From the NCBI GenBank assembly GCA_963765205.1, contig CAVXVB010000008.1, forward strand, positions 32,001-96,000: a DNA stretch of 64,000 nt. Direction: 5' to 3'. Below, piece after piece: positions 31,319 to 41,120 of the stretch. Position numbers and translations under genes: made by a program. The notes below the pieces were generated by a model. It was not told the origin of the DNA, ran no database searches, and saw only the letters and a program-made list of their open reading frames with translations. The number at the start of each line of letters is the position of its first letter. Position 1 is the first letter of the stretch. The DNA comes from an uncultured Verrucomicrobiae bacterium (GTDB lineage: Bacteria > Verrucomicrobiota > Verrucomicrobiia > Opitutales > JABDGR01).

Positions 31319-34300
31319 CTAAGGACCTGGGTTATTTCCACTATTAGTATCCGGTGCAGGGGCCGGGGCAGGGGCGGGCGCGATTGCAGCCGGCTGGGTT
31401 GCTGAGGGCGGAGCCGGGGCGGGTTGCACCGCCGTTGACGCGGCGGGCGCATGGAGCGTGTCAATCAAGTCCTGAAAGGTTTTGTCATAGTCCTGACTCA
31501 AGTGCCGATCTATCGTCTGTTGATAAATAATGCGGGCCTCGTCCCTTCTATCTAGCTTCTCCAGCAGGTGGCCCAATTCATAGCAACATCTCGCCACCCA
31601 GTAGCGCCCGTCGGGGTCGCGATCCACAGCCAGCGCCGTGTCGTTAGGACTCACGACACAGCTATTGAAAATCTGGTAATAAGTTGGAATCGCGGCCTTC
31701 ATGGCAGAGTCGGGGTTGGTTTCGTCTTCCGCCTGCAGATGCCCCAAGAGGACGCCCGCCTGCACATGGGCGACTGGGACCAGTTGGGTTTTATTGAAGA
31801 GGTCTTCGAGTTCACTCATCGCCACGTTGCGCTTATCCTGCATTTCGGCCTGGCGTTTGGCGGCCGAGTCACCGCCCACCCCGGTGGGAAGGTCGCCGTC
31901 CGATTCCGCCGCCATCGCCACCAGGCACATGGCGCGGGCGATCAGCGCGGCGGAATACATGGTGTCGCTCAACGGCTTGCCCTTCAACAGACCCAGCAAG
32001 TTGCTGAAGTAGTCATAGGCGGCCGAGTAATCATTGCTGGATAATTCCAGGAGGCCTTGCTCATAGCGAACATTGTAGATGAGCGAACTGCCGGCATAGA
32101 GGGGGTTTTTGGCGTAGTCGTCCACGAATTGCTTGAGAAGGCCGAGTGCTTCCGTGTAAGGCCCGTTGCGATTGAGGGAAACGGCGTCCATGGCCGCTTC
32201 ATAACGGGCCGATGGCGCATATTCGGCGCCGGGCGGTGCCTGGCTGATTGGCCCATTGAAGTCCTTGAAGGCCGGTGTGTCGGCCAGGTTTTCCATCAGC
32301 TTCTGCGCCTCTGCATACCGATTCAAGGCAGCCAGCTCGTGTGCGATGATGAACTGGGCATATACCGCAGCATCCGAATTCACATAAAATCCGTCTTTCG
32401 CCTCGAGGATATCATAAAATCCAAGTTCGGCCTTGGGGTCGTTCATTTTCGCCGCGGCCTGCATTTGCAGCAACAGCCCGTTGGCAGCCAGTTCCTTCGC
32501 GTCCAAATCCAGGTCCGGCAATTGCTGCGCCTTTTCAGCTTCGCCCTCGAAAACTTTCGCCTTCTCGGCGGCGTTCGCATCGTCAACGGTCACCGCGAGG
32601 TCGGCATCCAGCCAAAGCAAGCGTAGGCGCAACGCGATCGGCAGCAAGTCGAGGCCGTGATTGGCATCGAGCAAATGGGCGACGCGGTTGAACGCCTCGG
32701 GGACGCGGTCATGCCCGCGCAAGGCCCAGAGCACGTTATACTCGGCCTTCCAGCGATCCATGGCCGGGATGTCATTGTAGCGCGCCACGGCGGCATCCAG
32801 CAGGGCGCTGGCCTCGTCCAATTTATTGGCCTTTAATTCGCTTTCGACCGCGCGCACGAGGTGCGTCCCGCGCTGCCCTGCGGACGGGTCGTTGAGGAGA
32901 CTCTGGTAATAGTCGGCGGCGTGAAGGTAATCGTCCGGGTCGCCACTGGCATCACCGATGAGAAAATACAAATCCGCCAACAATTCGGTGACATTAATGT
33001 CACCGGGGAGGGCCGCGTGCAAGGCGCTGAGGTTGCTTACGGCGTCCCGGTATTTCGGCACCGGGGCATTCCAGGCAATGATCGCCAGCGTGCGCCACGC
33101 ACCCTCGCGCGCAGGGTCGTGACCGGGTTCGGCCGGCAAATCGAGGATGTGCTGGGCGGCCACGGTCGCCTCGGGGTATTTTTGCAATGCCAAATCCAAT
33201 TGCGTTTGCAGCAGGTATAATTGCTTGAGGAGCGGGTGGGCGGATGCGTCGTTGACGATTTTGTCAATACTGGCTTTGAGCGTGGCCAGGCCGTCCGGGT
33301 TTGTGTTTTTGATGCCGGGCACAATATGTTGCAATTGAGCAAGCGCGATTTCCTGCAATTGGCGGAGACTGGCGCTATCGGGGGCGCCGCTGTCCGGCAC
33401 GTCGTTTAAAATGCTTTTGAGTTTGTCTTGGTCGTCGGCGAGATTGGCCGGGTCGGGTTCTTCCTGGTCAATGATGACATATTCGAGGCGGAGGGCGTCG
33501 AGAGTCTGGCGATCCAAGTCCACCAGCATCAATTTTTTTCTGATCAAAGCGAGGGCGTCGCCACGGCGGCCTTGCTGGTCATAAATGACGGCGAGTAAAC
33601 CGGCATCTTTCGCCCCGAGCGCGGAATCAAGATTGGGGTCCTGCAGGCTCTTTTCCAGATCCGCCTGGTGGGTGGGCGCGGCGGCGGGGTCGAGCAGGAT
33701 TTGCGCACGCAGGCGCGAGGCCTCAAATTGGCCCTGTTGCAGCGGATTGGCCGCCGCGGCGATGGCCTGGTTCCAAGCCTCGTTGGTGGCGGTCAAGTTA
33801 TGTTGCTGTTCGGAGAGGGTGGCCTGCGCCATGTAATACCAGGACAAATCCAAGGCGTTGAGGCTGGCGGGCATAATGCGCGCCAATTGCGCGGCAGCGT
33901 CATCCCATTTTTGGTTTTGTTCCTTGAGCAAGGTGTCGCGCAACAAATAGGCGGGGGTGTTGTTCTCCGCGATCGCGTTCAGGGCCGCCGCCGCTTTGGC
34001 CGCGTCCCCCAGCGCGAGATACGCCGTGGCGAGGTTCAGATGCAACAGGTCTTTGATGCTTTGGTCCAATCCTGATCTGTTCAACGCGTCCTGAAAACAG
34101 TCAACCGCAACGGAAGCCACCCCAATTCCAAGCGCGGATTGGCCCGCCACAATGGCTTCGGTCACGCCCGCATTTTCCGCAGTATCGGGTGCCGGAGACG
34201 TAAACGGAACCCGAGGAGATGGCGGCGGTGGCAAATCTATGGAGTTGGGTGCAAGCACCGGGACAGGAACGGCAGCCGACGTGGACGGCGTGGCCGTAAG

Positions 34301-34396
34301 GTCCGTCACCGCCGATGGCGCGGCGGATTGCGCCCACGCGCCCACGTTCGCCGCCAGCAGCAGCGCGATGCAGCCGAATTTCCCTAAAGGCTTCAT
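31319..34396 (-). CDS. Large secreted TPR-repeat protein
   Basis: Signal peptide (..AWA-QS), Pro-rich termini, helical Ala/Leu/Tyr TPR-like repeats. Confidence 0.75.
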   Translation of the reverse strand: MKPLGKFGCIALLLAANVGAWAQSAAPSAVTDLTATPSTSAAVPVPVLAPNSIDLPPPPSPRVPFTSPAPDTAENAGVTEAIVAGQSALGIGVASVAVDCFQDALNRSGLDQSIKDLLHLNLATAYLALGDAAKAAAALNAIAENNTPAYLLRDTLLKEQNQKWDDAAAQLARIMPASLNALDLSWYYMAQATLSEQQHNLTATNEAWNQAIAAAANPLQQGQFEASRLRAQILLDPAAAPTHQADLEKSLQDPNLDSALGAKDAGLLAVIYDQQGRRGDALALIRKKLMLVDLDRQTLDALRLEYVIIDQEEPDPANLADDQDKLKSILNDVPDSGAPDSASLRQLQEIALAQLQHIVPGIKNTNPDGLATLKASIDKIVNDASAHPLLKQLYLLQTQLDLALQKYPEATVAAQHILDLPAEPGHDPAREGAWRTLAIIAWNAPVPKYRDAVSNLSALHAALPGDINVTELLADLYFLIGDASGDPDDYLHAADYYQSLLNDPSAGQRGTHLVRAVESELKANKLDEASALLDAAVARYNDIPAMDRWKAEYNVLWALRGHDRVPEAFNRVAHLLDANHGLDLLPIALRLRLLWLDADLAVTVDDANAAEKAKVFEGEAEKAQQLPDLDLDAKELAANGLLLQMQAAAKMNDPKAELGFYDILEAKDGFYVNSDAAVYAQFIIAHELAALNRYAEAQKLMENLADTPAFKDFNGPISQAPPGAEYAPSARYEAAMDAVSLNRNGPYTEALGLLKQFVDDYAKNPLYAGSSLIYNVRYEQGLLELSSNDYSAAYDYFSNLLGLLKGKPLSDTMYSAALIARAMCLVAMAAESDGDLPTGVGGDSAAKRQAEMQDKRNVAMSELEDLFNKTQLVPVAHVQAGVLLGHLQAEDETNPDSAMKAAIPTYYQIFNSCVVSPNDTALAVDRDPDGRYWVARCCYELGHLLEKLDRRDEARIIYQQTIDRHLSQDYDKTFQDLIDTLHAPAASTAVQPAPAPPSATQPAAIAPAPAPAPAPDTNSGNNPGP

Positions 34397-34513
34397 ATTC
34401 AAAGGTCTCATCTTAGCCGGATTTGGGCGAAGATAAAGTCCAAAGACCCGGCGCAAGAGCGATGGTTCCCGCCGGCGTGGGGAAAGAAATCGGCCATGGC
34501 CGATGCCGCAGCT

Positions 34514-35257
34514 TCAAGGACTGGCGGTGTTTCTTTCGACCAGAAGGTCACGCACCAGACGGCCATGGTCGAAAATTTGGTCGCTCGTAATCTGTCCTTG
34601 GTCATCCCAGGTGGTTTGCTCGCCCTGCAATTGCTGGGCCACCGCATGGCCCGCCTCATCCTTGAGAATAAAGTTTTGCGAAAGTGTTTTGGGATAGCCG
34701 TCAGCATACCACTCGCGGACGCGGTTGACCAAGCCGCCCGGCGTGGCCACGTCCGCCTCGGAAATGATATGCAGGTTGCCGTTGGGCCAGAAAGTGCTGA
34801 AGAGCACAATGTGCTGGCCGTCCGAATATTCCTCATAGCGCTGGGGTTGCCGCGAACCCGGGTAAAACAAGGTGTGGCGCAACAGCTTGCCGTCAGCGCC
34901 GTATTCAAAAATCTCGGCCGGGATCTGGCCCTCCTGGTAAGCCACCCGGCGCACCGGCAGCCGAAGAGAGGAAAACCACGTTTCCGAAACAATGAGGCCC
35001 ATGAGGTATTCGCGGCGCAGGATTTGCCCGTCCGGCAGAATTTGATCCTGCAGGCCTGTATAACCCGTCGCGACCGTGGACTTCGCCGGCGGCGCTGCCT
35101 GCGGCAAAATCATGCCGGGTAAAAGACCGCCCTGGTTGCCGGTGAGGAGGGGCAATGGGGTGTTCCCGCACCCGGTCAATAGCAACGCGAAGATCAACAC
35201 CGGCAATGCGGCCTTGATTCCGATTTGCCGATGACCTGCGCGCGGGATTTCCGTCAT
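34514..35257 (-). CDS. Lipoprotein with MORN-variant repeats
   Basis: Lipobox LLTGC; repeated FYPGS, FWPNGN, WYADG, WDDQGQ. Confidence 0.7.
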   Translation of the reverse strand: MTEIPRAGHRQIGIKAALPVLIFALLLTGCGNTPLPLLTGNQGGLLPGMILPQAAPPAKSTVATGYTGLQDQILPDGQILRREYLMGLIVSETWFSSLRLPVRRVAYQEGQIPAEIFEYGADGKLLRHTLFYPGSRQPQRYEEYSDGQHIVLFSTFWPNGNLHIISEADVATPGGLVNRVREWYADGYPKTLSQNFILKDEAGHAVAQQLQGEQTTWDDQGQITSDQIFDHGRLVRDLLVERNTASP

Positions 35258-35279
35258 AGGCGTTGGACAAGTTATTCTA

Positions 35280-35888
35280 CTACAACACCAAAGCGATTTG
35301 CACGCCGGGACCATGCACCCCTTCGATGAGGATGCCTTCGATGTCCGCCGTCTTCGACGGGCCGGTGACCCAGATCACGTTCGGATCGCCCCCGAAGGCG
35401 AGCACGGCGTCGGTCAGCGTGCGGAGAATTTGCCCGCGCGGCAGCACGGCGATATGCACCCAGGGTGCGAGCGCGCCGAGGCGCCGCGAGGTCAGCGTGT
35501 CATTGAGGATAATCGTGCCTGTCTCGGCGATGCCGCCGGCGGCGCGCGTGATGCCAAAGGCAAAATCATCCACGCGCGTGCGGTCAAACTCGGTTTCGAG
35601 CGTAAACTCCGGGCCGAAAGACGCGGCGAATTGGGCCAACAGGGCGGGGTCGCAATAACCGCGGAGCCACCCGCCATTTTTCAAAAATGTGGCAACCGCC
35701 GCAATGTCGGTCATCACCATCGCATTGGCGAACTTGATGCGCTCGGCGAAATCGTCGAACGGGTCGCGGTGCTCGACGAGTTTGCGCGCGATGGCCAATT
35801 CCTTGTCCCAGTCGGGCAGCGCGGCGCGCTCCGGCAGCATCGCCAAAGCGGCCTTCACGCGGCCCAACATGTCTTCGCGCGCATTCAT
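35280..35888 (-). CDS. lutC: L-lactate utilization protein C (LUD domain)
   Basis: GIAETGTI, HIAVL, TGPSKTADIEGILIEGVHGP. Confidence 0.9.
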   Translation of the reverse strand: MNAREDMLGRVKAALAMLPERAALPDWDKELAIARKLVEHRDPFDDFAERIKFANAMVMTDIAAVATFLKNGGWLRGYCDPALLAQFAASFGPEFTLETEFDRTRVDDFAFGITRAAGGIAETGTIILNDTLTSRRLGALAPWVHIAVLPRGQILRTLTDAVLAFGGDPNVIWVTGPSKTADIEGILIEGVHGPGVQIALVL

Positions 35889-37282
35889 GATTTTCCTTTC
35901 GGGGTTGGGCGGTTTTTCAGCCAGTGGCGGAATTCGCCGCCGCGCCAGGGCGGCAGCGTGCGGTAATCCTGCCACTTGCGCAACGGGCCAGGCATCAGGA
36001 TGCGCGGGACGTGGTTCACCGCGCCGCCCAGCGCCAGCGCCGCCTTCCACGCCGCGGGCTGGCTCGCCAAAACCGACCACGCGCCCATCGGCGGCGTGCC
36101 CGACGACGGCCCGTGCGCGCGCTTGTTCTTGTCGCGCAGACGCAGCAGCAAATCCGGAATCGGGATGTTGACCGGGCACACTTCCTGGCACGCGCCGCAC
36201 AGGCTCGAGGCCTTGGGCAAATCCGCCAGCTCGGGAAATTCTTCCTTCGCGAGCAAGGGCGACAACACCGCGCCGACCGGGCCGGGATACACGCTGCGGT
36301 AGGCGTGGCCGCTGGCCTGTCGGTAAACCGGGCACACGTTCAGGCACGCGCCGCAGCGGATGCAGCGCAAAATGTCGCGGCACTCGGTCGCCAGCACGTC
36401 AATGCGCCCGTTGTCCACGAAGATGATGTGCATCTCGTCCGGGCCGTCGGGCTGCGTGGGTTTGCGCGGGCCGGTGATGAATTCCGTGTAAACCGTCAAC
36501 TGCTGCGCGGTGGCCGAGCGGGCGAGCAGGTTGAGCAGCAGCGCGAGGTCGCGGTCGCGCGGCAAAATTTTCTCGATGCCGACCATGGCGATGTGGCAGC
36601 GCGTGGCCGCCAGGCAGAAGCGCGAGTTGCCCTCGTTGGTGACGAGCACCAGCCGCCCGCTTTCCGCCACGACAAAGTTCGCGCCGGTCAGCCCCACGTC
36701 GGCCTGCAGATATTTTTGCCGCAGGAAGGCGCGCGCGCGCTGCGTGATGACGTTCGGGTCGTCGTTGTAGGCCCCCAGGCCGTTTTTCTCGAAGCACACC
36801 GCGACCTCGCGCCGGCTTTTGTGAATGATGGGGCGCACGATGTGGCTCGGGTGGTCGTGGTCCACCTGCACGATGAATTCGCCCAGGTCGGTTTCCAGGC
36901 ACTCGACGCCGTTCTTCTCGAGAAAATGCGCGAGTTCCGTCTCCTCGCTCACCATGGTCTTGGCCTTGACGATCTTGGTCGCGTTGCGCTGGCGCATGAT
37001 GGCGAGCACGGCCTCATTGGCGGCTGCGGCGTCCGGCGCCCAATGCACCTGCGCGCCGTTGGCCCGCAGCTTTTCCTCGACCGCCGGCAGGTAGGTGTCA
37101 AGGTTCTCGATGACGTGCTGCTTGATCTCGCCCGCGATCTCGCGCAGCCGGTTCGCGTCCGGGAAATGGTCGAACAGCACCTTCGTGCGCTTCTCGTGCG
37201 TCGCCTTGGTGCTTTTATAGACGGAATTGTGCGTCTCGGCCGTCAAATGCGCGGCAAACGTGTCAATGGGGGAAGCGCTCAT
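35885..37282 (-). CDS. lutB: L-lactate utilization Fe-S protein B
   Basis: ETDLGEFIVQ, NEGN, CIRCGACLNVCPVY, SSLCGACQEVCPV. Confidence 0.93.
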   Translation of the reverse strand: MSASPIDTFAAHLTAETHNSVYKSTKATHEKRTKVLFDHFPDANRLREIAGEIKQHVIENLDTYLPAVEEKLRANGAQVHWAPDAAAANEAVLAIMRQRNATKIVKAKTMVSEETELAHFLEKNGVECLETDLGEFIVQVDHDHPSHIVRPIIHKSRREVAVCFEKNGLGAYNDDPNVITQRARAFLRQKYLQADVGLTGANFVVAESGRLVLVTNEGNSRFCLAATRCHIAMVGIEKILPRDRDLALLLNLLARSATAQQLTVYTEFITGPRKPTQPDGPDEMHIIFVDNGRIDVLATECRDILRCIRCGACLNVCPVYRQASGHAYRSVYPGPVGAVLSPLLAKEEFPELADLPKASSLCGACQEVCPVNIPIPDLLLRLRDKNKRAHGPSSGTPPMGAWSVLASQPAAWKAALALGGAVNHVPRILMPGPLRKWQDYRTLPPWRGGEFRHWLKNRPTPKGKS

Positions 37283-37387
37283 GCGAAAGGGGAAAGGACG
37301 CATCGTGCCCGCCCCGAGCGCGTTTGACAATCAAAAGTGTGGGGCCGAAAAAGGCGCAATTTCATTGAATGCTCCGTTGGCGCAATT

Positions 37388-37603
37388 GGCGCGTTTCTTC
37401 CGTCCCGGGAAGCGCGACCGTCCCGGTCGCTGCGGTCGGCGTCCCGCCGACCGCCTCTTGGCAAATGCCAGCAATGCGTCTCGCGCAGCCGATTCTCGAA
37501 GATGTCCTCGGCGAGACGCCGAGGACGGCGGGCGGGACGCCCGCGCTCCCCGGGACAAAACCGCCGCATCCAAAAGCCCCAAAACAATTCTGAGTTGGTA
37601 TAA
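37388..37603. repeat. REPIN/MITE-like element, copy 2
   Basis: Arms nearly identical to 7804-8019, divergent central spacer, same TTGGTATAA end. Confidence 0.85.
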
Positions 37604-37641
37604 GCTCCTTCAGAGCGCAAAATTATTTATACCCACAGATT

Positions 37642-37680
37642 CCCAGGGTTGCTCCGGCTGCAGCCCGAACAACCCTAGGG
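37642..37680. repeat. REP-like hairpin CCCAGGGTTG...CAACCCTAGGG
   Basis: Imperfect palindrome directly after the REPIN. Confidence 0.45.
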
Positions 37681-37807
37681 TGGCCTGCCCCCTTCGATCG
37701 GCCTCGTGCAACTGGCCTACAACCTGCCCGAAGCCCTGAACACCGTCGGCCTCAAGATCAAAGCCGCCGTGCATCCGCGGAAAGCGACGCGAAAGGATGG
37801 TTCTAGG

Positions 37808-37843
37808 CAGGTAATAAGGTGCAGCCTGACCCTCTATTGGCCC
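37808..37843 (-). repeat. Left inverted repeat of the captured cassette
   Basis: CAGGTAATAAGGTGCAGCCTGACCC (37808-37832) is the exact reverse complement of 38638-38662; similarity extends to GGCCC at 37843. Confidence 0.85.
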
Positions 37844-38443
37844 TCATGCCATGTTGTAGTTTGGTAAAAATTTCTTGTTAAACTCGATAGCAACCGAAGG
37901 CTTCCAATGATACTGCCCTTTCATATAATTTGAAAGGCCAGCGGCGTCCATGCAATCGAAACCGCCGATAGCCTGAGCGTCAAAATCACCCGGAGCTGCA
38001 ATCACGATCAGCTCCCAGGAAATTCGGTCGCAAAATATTCCCCACTTGAGTGACGATCCCCAAAAAGCTCCAATATCTACGCCAGCTAAAAACATTGGGC
38101 CATTTCGTACGCAATACATTGTAGACACGTATCTGTCAGTCAAATCCGCTGGCTTAAAAGAAGCTAGGCCGAAAAAGGAATTTCGCGGATAGTATCCATC
38201 GACTGGGTGCGGCTCTATCGTGATGTAATTGACCAACTCGTCGCCGAAATAACTGGCCGCTTTAAAGAGAAACGACCCAAATTCCTTTTTGTAGATATAA
38301 TGGTATCCAATAACAAAATATTTGGCGAAGGAACGTTTAAAAACAAAATCTGGCAGACGCTTTTGCATATCGATAATTCCCGCACATTCTCGACTAAGAA
38401 TGGAAAACGTGTCTCTTTCAACAACTATTTCGTTGGTGTTCAT
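37844..38443 (-). CDS. AT-rich hypothetical protein, polymorphic-toxin immunity-like
   Basis: 199 aa, aromatic-rich; starts TAATAATG directly after the 3' remnant of another gene. Confidence 0.6.
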   Translation of the reverse strand: MNTNEIVVERDTFSILSRECAGIIDMQKRLPDFVFKRSFAKYFVIGYHYIYKKEFGSFLFKAASYFGDELVNYITIEPHPVDGYYPRNSFFGLASFKPADLTDRYVSTMYCVRNGPMFLAGVDIGAFWGSSLKWGIFCDRISWELIVIAAPGDFDAQAIGGFDCMDAAGLSNYMKGQYHWKPSVAIEFNKKFLPNYNMA

Positions 38444-38445
38444 TA

Positions 38446-38525
38446 TTATTTTCCTGTGCCAAAGTTTATCTTAAGTGGGAGTGCATCTGGGTCGGCTGGC
38501 ATATAATCCGCTGCATTACCACCGG
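38446..38525 (-). pseudogene. 3' remnant of an upstream gene (possible toxin C-terminus)
   Basis: PGGNAADYMPADPDALPLKINFGTGK-stop-stop, cut off at the repeat boundary. Confidence 0.45.
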
Positions 38526-38688
38526 GGGCCGGAAAGGTCTCAGGCTGCACCTTATTACCCGAGTTTTTGGTGGAAGGATTGGATTGGAGGTTAGTGGCGC
38601 GAAGACGGCGGGCCGGAAAGGGGTCAGGGCCCGAAAGGGGTCAGGCTGCACCTTATTACCTGAGTTTTTCATGTAGGATTGGATTGGG
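38526..38688 (+). repeat. Tandem right-hand repeats: two units of about 63 bp plus a 17-bp partial unit
   Basis: GGGCC.GAAAGG..TCAGGCTGCACCTTATTACC.GAGTTTTT...AGGATTGGATTGG at 38526 and 38627; partial unit at 38610. Confidence 0.85.
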
Positions 38689-38708
38689 CTTGCTGGCGCA
38701 AAGAGTCA

Positions 38709-40094
38709 TCATGGAGTCGCCGTGGCCGCCGGTGCAGAGGACGCTGCCGGCGCGCCCGCGGTCTTCGTCGGGGCGTCCAGGCCGGTGCCGGTGACGTTGG
38801 TGAGGTTCAGCAAATTTCCGGTGAAGCCGGTGACGGTGATGTTGTTAAAGTTGGCGTTGACGACGTTCGCCAGGGTGATGCCGCGCTGGCAGGTGCCGGT
38901 AATGTTCGCGAGGGTCAGGCCTTCGATGGGCCGTTCGGGCGCGACGCCGGGGCCGGCGCGGCTGGCCTGCGTCTCGAAGAGCGTGCGGACGTTGTTGACT
39001 TTGATGTTCGTGAAACTGAGGTTGCGCACCAGGGTCCATTTCTCGATATCGCCGGGCACCGGCTCGGCGGCCTGGATGCCTTTGGAAATCAGGTCAATGC
39101 CGACGAAGGTTGGCGAGGCGTCCACGGTGAGATTGTCGAAGGAAATGTTTTCCATATAGCCGCCGCGGCCGTCGCGGCTTTTGATGAAAATGGCGTTTTG
39201 CACGCCGGAAATCGTGCAGTTCGACACGGTGACGTTGCGCACGCCGCCGGAGATTTCCGTGCCGAAGCCGAGCGCGGCAAAGCGGACGCTGCGCAGGGTG
39301 CTGTCCTTGATGACGATGTTTTCCGAGGGTTTGTTGTAGCGCACGGCTTCCATCCCGCGCCCGGATTTGATGGAGATGGCGTCGTCGCCCGCGCTGATGT
39401 CGCAATTCTCGACCACGACGTTGGCGTCGGAGTCTAGGTCCATGCCGTCGCCGTTGGTGCCCTGGCTGCGGATGTAGAGGCCCTTGACGACGACGTTGGT
39501 GCAAAACATGGGATGGATGCACCAGATGTCGGTGTTGACGGTGCGGTCGTATTGCAGGCTGAAGCCGTCGAACGTCACGTCGTTGCAGTCAATCGTTTCG
39601 AGGACGACGGGCGCGCGCGGGTTGCGGAGCGAGGCGAGGCCGGCGTTCGCCACGAAGCCGCCTGGCCCGACAATCGCAATGTGCTCGGCCTGGCTGGCAA
39701 AAATCATGGCGCGGTGCACCTGGGTCGTCGCGCCTTCAAAGCGCCCGGTGACGAGCGGGTAGTCGGCGATGTCCGGCGATTCGATGACGAACACGTCCTT
39801 TTCGAGTCGGAGCGTCGTGTTCGAATGCAGCTCGACGCTGCCGATGATATAATTGCCCGCAGGCACAACGACTTCGCCGCCGCCGGCCGCCGCGCAGGCG
39901 TCGAAAGCTTTTTGGAAGGCGGCGGTGTTATTCGTCGCATTGTCGCCGACCGCGCCGTAATCGCGCACATTGAATTGCGCGGCGGCCTTGGCCGATGGGG
40001 CCGGGGAGGGTGCCGTGGCTTCAGCCGCTCCAATTGGGGTGCCAGCGAGGATCAGTAGACTAAGAATAGAAAGGGAAAGCGCGGTAGTTTTCAA
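38709..40094 (-). CDS. Secreted GH28 pectin hydrolase with atypical motifs
   Basis: Signal peptide, FNVRDYGAVGD, WCIHP, NGDGMD, GDDAISIKSG, GTE, IKS; beta-helix composition. Confidence 0.9.
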   Translation of the reverse strand: MKTTALSLSILSLLILAGTPIGAAEATAPSPAPSAKAAAQFNVRDYGAVGDNATNNTAAFQKAFDACAAAGGGEVVVPAGNYIIGSVELHSNTTLRLEKDVFVIESPDIADYPLVTGRFEGATTQVHRAMIFASQAEHIAIVGPGGFVANAGLASLRNPRAPVVLETIDCNDVTFDGFSLQYDRTVNTDIWCIHPMFCTNVVVKGLYIRSQGTNGDGMDLDSDANVVVENCDISAGDDAISIKSGRGMEAVRYNKPSENIVIKDSTLRSVRFAALGFGTEISGGVRNVTVSNCTISGVQNAIFIKSRDGRGGYMENISFDNLTVDASPTFVGIDLISKGIQAAEPVPGDIEKWTLVRNLSFTNIKVNNVRTLFETQASRAGPGVAPERPIEGLTLANITGTCQRGITLANVVNANFNNITVTGFTGNLLNLTNVTGTGLDAPTKTAGAPAASSAPAATATP

Positions 40095-40198
40095 GGGGCG
40101 GAGGGGGTTAAGATGGTGAACATAAGCGGCTTGGAGGCAAAGTCCAGCCGATTAAAACCGAGCGAAAGAGGAAAAGTTGTTCGCAAAATATATTTAAT

Positions 40199-40214
40199 TG
40201 ATTGCATTCGCTCA
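40199..40214. promoter_or_regulatory. Putative DeoR operator 1 (TGATTGCATTCGCTCA)
   Basis: TGA-N10-TCA shared with 40990 and 41118; lies between divergent GH28 and deoR. Confidence 0.5.
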
Positions 40215-40235
40215 TTTATTGCATATATTGTTTTT

Positions 40236-41120
40236 ATGAGAGTGGCGAAACATGTAGTCGAGGCCCGTCGGCGCCGTCTGGGCGAGCTTTTACAACGGCA
40301 TCGTTATCTGGGGATTGCGGATTTATGCAAGGAGTTTGGCATATCCGAGGCGACGGTGCGCCGTGACCTCGTTTCCCTCGAAAAAAGCCATCTCATCACC
40401 CGCACTTTTGGGGGCGCGCTCGCGGACTACAATTTGCGTTTTCCTTCGTTTCGCAGCCGCCGGGCCACGGGGATGCAGGGCAAGCAGGCCATTGCCCAGC
40501 AGGCGCTGGAATTGATCAGGCCGGAGTCGGTGATTTACCTGGATGCCGGCACCACGATTTTCGCCCTGGCAGAGGCCATTCGGGTCGCGCCGGTGCGTCC
40601 GTTGAGTTGCGTTACGAGCAACCTGCCGGCGGCGGACTTGCTGGCGGAAGTCGAGGGCGTCGCCGTGTATTTGCTCGGCGGGCAGGTGCTGCGCCGGCAA
40701 TCGGTGCTCTTGGGCGACGAGGCCTGCCGCAGCGCGGCCTATTGGAAATTCGATCTGACCTTTCTCGGCGCGGAGGGCATGACCCGCGAGGGATTGTGGA
40801 ATTCATCGCCAGCCGTCGTCGCGCTACAGAAGGCGGTCATCGCGCAGAGCCGCGCGACGGCGGTCTTGCTCGACCGTACCAAGCTGGGCCGCACTGCGCA
40901 TACTTTTCTCGGAGGATGGGACATGGTTACGGCTCTTTTAACCGATGCACCGGCTGAAGCGCTCAAGGTAGAGGGAATACCGGATTATATGACTGATATT
41001 AGTCATATAGCGTCGTATGTGCCGCAGGCTCCATTAAAGTCAAACGCTGAAATTGAGCAGAAAATATATTTTGAAGAACCTGAAAATAATGGGTTGACAC
41101 TCCCGACCTCGCTTTTATGA
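40236..41120 (+). CDS. DeoR/GlpR family regulator of the BMC locus
   Basis: ISEATVRRDL HTH, RTFGGA, YLDAGTT, VTSN, LLGG. Confidence 0.92.
   Translation: MRVAKHVVEARRRRLGELLQRHRYLGIADLCKEFGISEATVRRDLVSLEKSHLITRTFGGALADYNLRFPSFRSRRATGMQGKQAIAQQALELIRPESVIYLDAGTTIFALAEAIRVAPVRPLSCVTSNLPAADLLAEVEGVAVYLLGGQVLRRQSVLLGDEACRSAAYWKFDLTFLGAEGMTREGLWNSSPAVVALQKAVIAQSRATAVLLDRTKLGRTAHTFLGGWDMVTALLTDAPAEALKVEGIPDYMTDISHIASYVPQAPLKSNAEIEQKIYFEEPENNGLTLPTSLL
40986..41009. promoter_or_regulatory. Putative DeoR operator 2 (TATATGACTGATATTAGTCATATA)
   Basis: Palindrome with a TGA-N10-TCA core, in the AT-rich 3' tail of deoR. Confidence 0.55.

Noticed and set aside
35830..35888. LutC N-terminal amphipathic helix as a BMC encapsulation peptide
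   Set aside because: A similar helix is normal in LutC proteins, and there is no linker after it.
37700..37806. Coding-like fragment QLAYNLPEALNTVGLKIKAAVHP
   Set aside because: No clear start, too short to assign; possibly a remnant disrupted by the adjacent repeats.
38526..38688. Direct repeats as a CRISPR mini-array
   Set aside because: Only two full units and one partial unit, an inverted copy 700 bp away, and no cas genes in the window.
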